Shown here piece after piece: positions 59,090 to 64,000 of a stretch of DNA of 64,000 nucleotides. Within the stretch, counting starts at the first letter, position 1. Every line of letters begins with the position of its first letter. The stretch comes from a virus. The position numbers and the translations under genes are program-made. The stretch covers positions 6,276-70,275 of IMG/VR virus record IMGVR_UViG_3300009181_000066; one strand, 5' to 3'. The notes below the pieces were generated by a model. It saw only the letters and a program-made list of their open reading frames with translations, did not search any database and was not told the origin of the DNA.

Positions 59090-60715
59090 ATGAGTCAATT
59101 AAGCGGAAATAGTTGTAATATTATAACACTTCTACCATTAGGGTTAGATTGTGAAAGTATTAGTGCGAATACTCCATACACTACAGATGGTTTAATAACT
59201 TTATTTGTGACAGGAGGTACTCCACCATACACAATAAATTGGAGTAATGGGTCTCAAGGGTCTTATTTATTTAATTTAGCACCTGGTGATTATACTGCAA
59301 CCGTTATTGATTATTATGGTGATTTTACAGCAACTACTACTTGTAGTGTTGGATACGAAAACTTTTATTTAGAAAAATTCCAAAATTGTTTTAATAGTGC
59401 AACTACGGTTTATTATGTTGCAAATATGCCATCTACGTTTATTACTGATAAAGTATATAGATTACAAGGACAAACGGATTGTTGGAAAAGTAAAGGATTA
59501 GAATTAACATCGGGACAAACTTATGTGGACTCATATGCGGTTGTAACTGCAGGACCTTACCCTAATTGTAAGGGATGTTTGCCTATTGACCCTGTAATTC
59601 CAGTTAAACCTGAAAAGTTATGTTTGGAATATAAAAGTGGAGGGGTAGTTCAAACAACTACGTATATACAATTTAGTTCGGGAGGTACTATAAATAATAA
59701 AAACTCATGGACAAGTGTTACGCCTTCATATGTAATTTATTATAATAGTGGGTCGACAAATTGGCAAATAAGTGGATGGACAGGATCAGGAAACCCAACA
59801 CAAGTCAATACCGTTTCATCTCCATTAGGTTCTTGGGTTATTTATGGAGGATCAGGTAACATCAATGTCGTTGGGGGTATTTGTGTTATTAAACCTAATA
59901 TGTTTATTAAAACAAATAGTGCGACTTGTTCTGACGTAAGCAATGGTTCAGTGGCGATAACTGCAATAGGGGGTACTCCGCCTTATGAGTACTCTTTAGA
60001 TGGGGTTTTATATCAACCTTCAAGTATGTTTATTGGTCTTTCGTCTGGAAACTATACTGCATACGTTAAAGATAGTTCAGGAGCAACAAACTCACAAAGT
60101 TTTACAATAAACGCATCATCTACTCAAACAACATATACAGTAAACCTTTACCAACAACCAATTGCAACACCAATATATAACAACACGTCTAATTACACAC
60201 AAATAACATATAATTGGTATGCTGATGTTACACCACCTCTTCCATCTGGAAAAACAATAACTTTTGATATAATACAAAGTGTGAATAGTGAAAGTAGAAG
60301 TGGGTATTATAACTCTACCGAAGTATTTCCTACGTTACAATATTCATCAATAACGGGTGTTACTGGTGGAGGGTCAATTACTGCGACCACAACCACAACA
60401 CCGGTAATAACATCTCCTCCGCCGACAACTTGTAAAAATACAATTTCAACGACCGCATATACTAACACGTACAAGGCGTTAATTACTGGAATTGGAAATA
60501 TATACGGACAAATAAATAAAAAAATAACAACACCAAACGGAACGGTAGGGGGTTGTCCAACATACGGATTGTTAAACGATACAATAAACATCGCAAACGT
60601 AAAATTGGTTAATGCTAGTGTTTGTGAACTTATAAACACTAATGTTTCACCATTACAATTAAACTTAAATAGGACGGGTGAGGTTGTATTTTTGGGTAGT
60701 GGGTTGTCGGGTTAA
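59090..60715 (+). CDS. Mosaic fibre/adhesin-like protein with SprB repeats and Cys modules
   Basis: TGGTPPYTINWSNG...LAPGDY..TV.D and GGTPPYEYSLDG...GLSSGNY...VKDS.G. Confidence 0.7.
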   Translation: MSQLSGNSCNIITLLPLGLDCESISANTPYTTDGLITLFVTGGTPPYTINWSNGSQGSYLFNLAPGDYTATVIDYYGDFTATTTCSVGYENFYLEKFQNCFNSATTVYYVANMPSTFITDKVYRLQGQTDCWKSKGLELTSGQTYVDSYAVVTAGPYPNCKGCLPIDPVIPVKPEKLCLEYKSGGVVQTTTYIQFSSGGTINNKNSWTSVTPSYVIYYNSGSTNWQISGWTGSGNPTQVNTVSSPLGSWVIYGGSGNINVVGGICVIKPNMFIKTNSATCSDVSNGSVAITAIGGTPPYEYSLDGVLYQPSSMFIGLSSGNYTAYVKDSSGATNSQSFTINASSTQTTYTVNLYQQPIATPIYNNTSNYTQITYNWYADVTPPLPSGKTITFDIIQSVNSESRSGYYNSTEVFPTLQYSSITGVTGGGSITATTTTTPVITSPPPTTCKNTISTTAYTNTYKALITGIGNIYGQINKKITTPNGTVGGCPTYGLLNDTINIANVKLVNASVCELINTNVSPLQLNLNRTGEVVFLGSGLSG

Positions 60716-60743
60716 AAAACTTAATTAAATATATTTATGAAAT

Positions 60744-62966
60744 ATGGCATATATAATTAAAAATACTGCAGGTCTTATCAACACAACGTTGACCGATGCT
60801 GCAAGAAAAAGAATTTCACAAGGTAAATTTGATATTGCATATTTCCAAGTTGGAGATAGTGAGGTGAGTTATAATGGTATTAACAACATTGACCCGACGA
60901 GTTTAAATGTACTTATGCCACAATTTAATGCTCAAAACACGACATTAATTCCTGAAAAAAATAGAATGCACGTTAAATATCCACTATTTGTGGATTCAAC
61001 ATCGGGATCCACTTATGGTATTCCTGTTGATGCGTCGTATTTTGATTACATTTATAATACTGCGGCACCAAGAGGGTTTTTTACGGGAAATACTAATAAT
61101 TATAGTGCTTTTACTACAAGTGCGATTACAATAAACCCAAATTTTATAATTCCTAATTCTGCATTTACATCAGGGAACACGATAGTAATTGAAAGAAGCG
61201 ACATTAACCCTATTGTTTCGGGATCGGTTACAAGTGGGATGGTAATGACATTATTTACGACAACTGACATAACACCATTTACAGCTAACACACCTATGTT
61301 TACGTATTTTGTGGTTGGTGTAACAGGAAATACTTCTGGAGATACTACCGTTACAATAAAAGTTGACAGAAACTTACCTGACTTTAATACATTAGGGTTT
61401 ACAGGTAATAGTAGAGTTTTATTTTACCCACCTAATATGACAAGTTTATATGATTCAGTAACACCTGAACCATATTGGGCGACAAACGTATTTAATTTTG
61501 AATCAAATTGTGATATATCACAGGCCGATGTGAAAGTATGGAATATGAATATTCCTTGGACTGAATCACCTGCTGGGTTATTTAACAATACTTATCAAGA
61601 CTACAATTATTTTGGATCAACAGGGTATTGTGGGTCTAAAGAGTATTTTGGATACACAACAAATGATGGTCAAAATGATACTAGTTATTCTTATTTTTAT
61701 AATTCATTTGATGAAATTGTAGAAGTCGAAGCAAAAGACCAAAAAGCAATTGCAATACTTCATTATACTAATCAATCTATTGATAATTTTTATGGTGAAA
61801 AATTCGCATTTCAAGAATATGACGTTTCGGATCCGGGAGCGACTGGACAAGCAAGAAACTTTAAATTATCTCTTCCATGGCTTATGTGGCATAAAAACCC
61901 AACCGGCACAATAGGAGAGGAGTTTTTTGTTGATCCATCGGGTTTCACAAGTATTGATTTATTTCAAGTTCAATATATCAAATCAAATAAGACCTCATCG
62001 TTTAATGATCCGGGGTTGAGATATTATCATTTATGGGATACACACGCTAATGGTGATGGGTACCCAAGTAGAGTTGGTAAAGTTTTTCCTGATTTAAAAA
62101 TGATTATTTTTGATGATGATGAAATTGTCGCATCACTTAATTATAAAACTAATAGATCTTGGACTCTTCCCGCACCTAAATTGGGTCTTATAACTCCTAA
62201 CACATTTGGAGGGGTATTGGGAGGAACAACGGGATTATTAACAGGAAGTACCGATACATTATTTTTAACATATAGATTTAATAATAGTGCATTTACTAAC
62301 TCACTTCATTGTAATTATTATTCAACAATTAAAAACTTTACAAATGAATGTGCTCCTGACGGAACATTAGTTGCAGGATCATCTGATGTTATAGTTAGAT
62401 TTGGAAATGAATTTCCGTTTTTAGTGTCTAATTTAACGACAACACCTTCAGGATTTACGGCAAATAATATGAAGGTATTGGCTCAAATAGTACCAAGTGG
62501 TACAACAAGACCAAGTGCGAATCAATGGAAAGAAATTGATATGTATTCACAATTATCGGGTTCGTCTGTTAATGGTAATTTAACAGTAACAGGTATCACA
62601 GGAACTACACTTCAAATAACAAAGTCAATGTACGACTCAGCACCTTTTTATCAATTATCTAATTACATAACATTACCACAACTTAATGAGTCAGGAACAA
62701 CATTTAATTTTGGATCCGAATATTATTTTTATGGGACATTAAAAACCGACATTCAAGCAACAATTTATGTTATGAATTACCTATGTAATTTAGGTCAAAC
62801 ACAGTTTCAAGATTCATCTAATCCAACTTGGAATAATACCGTACCACCTTATGTTACGGAAGTGGCTCTTTACAATTCAGATAAAGAGCTTATGGTTATT
62901 TCTAAGATACAATCGCCTGAAAAAAGACAAGGTATTCAGCAGTATCCGATTAAATTAGATTTTTAA
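60744..62966 (+). CDS. Baseplate/fibre attachment protein (gpH N-terminal/DUF3751-like ends with insertion)
   Basis: N-terminal LTDAARKRISQG.F.I.YFQVGDSE and C-terminal YVTEVALYN...ELM.I.K...P..R.....IKLDF. Confidence 0.55.
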   Translation: MAYIIKNTAGLINTTLTDAARKRISQGKFDIAYFQVGDSEVSYNGINNIDPTSLNVLMPQFNAQNTTLIPEKNRMHVKYPLFVDSTSGSTYGIPVDASYFDYIYNTAAPRGFFTGNTNNYSAFTTSAITINPNFIIPNSAFTSGNTIVIERSDINPIVSGSVTSGMVMTLFTTTDITPFTANTPMFTYFVVGVTGNTSGDTTVTIKVDRNLPDFNTLGFTGNSRVLFYPPNMTSLYDSVTPEPYWATNVFNFESNCDISQADVKVWNMNIPWTESPAGLFNNTYQDYNYFGSTGYCGSKEYFGYTTNDGQNDTSYSYFYNSFDEIVEVEAKDQKAIAILHYTNQSIDNFYGEKFAFQEYDVSDPGATGQARNFKLSLPWLMWHKNPTGTIGEEFFVDPSGFTSIDLFQVQYIKSNKTSSFNDPGLRYYHLWDTHANGDGYPSRVGKVFPDLKMIIFDDDEIVASLNYKTNRSWTLPAPKLGLITPNTFGGVLGGTTGLLTGSTDTLFLTYRFNNSAFTNSLHCNYYSTIKNFTNECAPDGTLVAGSSDVIVRFGNEFPFLVSNLTTTPSGFTANNMKVLAQIVPSGTTRPSANQWKEIDMYSQLSGSSVNGNLTVTGITGTTLQITKSMYDSAPFYQLSNYITLPQLNESGTTFNFGSEYYFYGTLKTDIQATIYVMNYLCNLGQTQFQDSSNPTWNNTVPPYVTEVALYNSDKELMVISKIQSPEKRQGIQQYPIKLDF

Positions 62967-62971
62967 ACGTC

Positions 62972-63577
62972 ATGTCAGAAAAAACAGATTTGAAAAACTC
63001 ACCAAAAGTATTAGGTTTAGACGTATCCACACGTACAATTGGATGCGCTATATTTGATATTCAAACTAAGGAATTATTAGAATTAACACATTTTTCACCA
63101 GTTATAAAACCAAAACCTGAAGATAAAATTGAGGAACTAATTTTAAAAGTTAGGGCATTTGAAGAAAAACTAGAAGGTTATAGAAATTTAGGGATCACAA
63201 AAGTTGTTATTGAAGAACCACTTTTAAATTCAAATAACATTTGGACGGTAGGGATTCTTTTAAGGTATAACTCAATGATTACAAAATCAATTTATGATAT
63301 TTTGGGGATCGTACCTTGTTTTATCTCAACATATAATTCAAGAAAATGTGCTTGGCCTGACTTAGTTCAAGAAAACGATAAAGGAAAGAAAGTTTTATTT
63401 GGTGGTTTACCAAAAGACATCGACAAAAAAGAAATTATTTGGAAAAAAGTTTCAAATAAGGAACCTCAAATAACTTGGCTTTATACAAAAAACAACACAC
63501 TTAAAAAAGAATGTTTTGATATGTCAGATGCCTACACCTGTGTGATGGGATATATGAAACAAGAAAATATATGGTAA
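62972..63577 (+). CDS. ruvC: RuvC-like Holliday junction resolvase
   Basis: VLGLDVST...G, VVIEEP, K..I, DMSDAY catalytic acidic motifs. Confidence 0.85.
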   Translation: MSEKTDLKNSPKVLGLDVSTRTIGCAIFDIQTKELLELTHFSPVIKPKPEDKIEELILKVRAFEEKLEGYRNLGITKVVIEEPLLNSNNIWTVGILLRYNSMITKSIYDILGIVPCFISTYNSRKCAWPDLVQENDKGKKVLFGGLPKDIDKKEIIWKKVSNKEPQITWLYTKNNTLKKECFDMSDAYTCVMGYMKQENIW

Positions 63578-63602
63578 AATCAGTTTTTAACTGGTTTTTT
63601 TT
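63577..63602 (+). terminator. Terminator after ruvC
   Basis: AAATCAGTT-TTT-AACTGGTTT followed by T run. Confidence 0.65.
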
Positions 63603-63633
63603 GTTTTATGTAATATTTATAAATAAAAATATT

Positions 63634-63948
63634 ATGAAAAAAATTATAAGATTAACAGAAAATGATTTAACTCGTATCGTTAAAAGGGTTTTAAGGGAGC
63701 AAGATTCTACAGTTGGTGGGGGATCAACAAAAGTTGATGTTGGGACAACATTAAGTAACGGAATGGAAGTGATAAAATTAATGACAAGTAAAACTAATCC
63801 CGATATGGTGTTTGTGCAAACAGAAACATCAGGTGGGGGTCAAAATTTTAGTTGTAAATCGCATGAGTCAGGAAAATTTACTTTAAGACCAAAAGGAACA
63901 ATAACTAAAGAAGAATCTCAAGCATTATACGATAAATTCTGTAAATAA
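63634..63948 (+). CDS. Small late protein with amphipathic leader MKKIIRLTENDLTRIVKRVLREQ (start corrected to 63634)
   Basis: The ORF-track start (63571) runs through a terminator and the TATTTAT element (63614); ATG at 63634 follows them. Confidence 0.75.
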   Translation: MKKIIRLTENDLTRIVKRVLREQDSTVGGGSTKVDVGTTLSNGMEVIKLMTSKTNPDMVFVQTETSGGGQNFSCKSHESGKFTLRPKGTITKEESQALYDKFCK

Positions 63949-63966
63949 TAATATTAATAAAAAATT

Positions 63967-63995
63967 AAACCCACCCCATTAAAGGTGGGTTTTTT
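63967..63995 (+). terminator. Rho-independent terminator
   Basis: AAACCCACC-ccattaaa-GGTGGGTTT followed by T run. Confidence 0.8.
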
Positions 63996-64000
63996 GTTGT

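Larger units (their letters stand above)
668..63620. promoter_or_regulatory. Recurrent TATTTAT upstream element (putative late promoter)
   Basis: On the coding strand before genes at 668(-), 3617, 5343(-), 5436, 8702, 9800, 11334, 13328, 26195, 30960, 35863, 38230, 46922, 54520, 54823, 55881, 57175, 60732, 63614. Confidence 0.75.

Noticed and set aside
63571-63633. N-terminal 21 codons of the last ORF (looks like a hydrophobic signal)
   Set aside because: The sequence is a terminator hairpin, T-run and TATTTAT element; the real start is likely 63634.
1-64000. Stop-codon reassignment as in some large phages
   Set aside because: TAA, TAG (5187, 29476, 43229, 44947) and TGA (8858, 10327, 30508) all end genes cleanly, and coding density is high under code 11.
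1-64000. Eukaryotic giant virus, suggested by the eukaryote-like RNR, SNF2 and GT60 genes
   Set aside because: Sheath/tube/baseplate genes, overlapping operonic ORFs, intrinsic terminators and a sigma-type promoter indicate a bacteriophage.
1-64000. tRNA, rRNA or large structured ncRNA genes
   Set aside because: Intergenic gaps are short and AT-rich; I found only terminator-like hairpins by eye. A covariance-model scan would be needed to exclude small RNAs.

Overview
AT-rich (about 30% GC by eye), gene-dense segment of a large contractile-tailed (myovirus-type, probably jumbo) dsDNA phage. It uses the standard genetic code and is almost all on the + strand. Left to right: (1) a minus-strand Mn-type superoxide dismutase, missed by the ORF track because it runs off the window edge, and an intein-containing SNF2/SMARCAL1-like helicase; (2) neck, sheath, tube, chaperone, tape-measure and hub genes; (3) a replication/recombination/dNTP block (SSB, RecA, 5'-3' exonuclease, DnaB, NrdB, NrdA); (4) baseplate wedge genes and a long fibre/appendage cluster, then RuvC. 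SprB-like repeats, SD-less A-rich starts and a eukaryote-like nrdB-nrdA pair suggest a Bacteroidota host (inference). The main candidate novel system is phage-encoded mucin-type virion O-glycosylation: a GT60/PF11397-like GlcNAc-transferase sits directly upstream of a (Pro-Thr)n mucin-like Cys-rich fibre protein, and outer virion proteins are strongly enriched in an [S/T][G/A]xT motif. Other leads are a modular fibre docking code, amphipathic [ILV]xE-ending leaders that may package enzymes into the head, a TATTTAT late element often 4-5 nt from ATG, and a likely +1 frameshift at UUU_UUU_CGU. All family calls come from motif recognition by eye, not from database searches.
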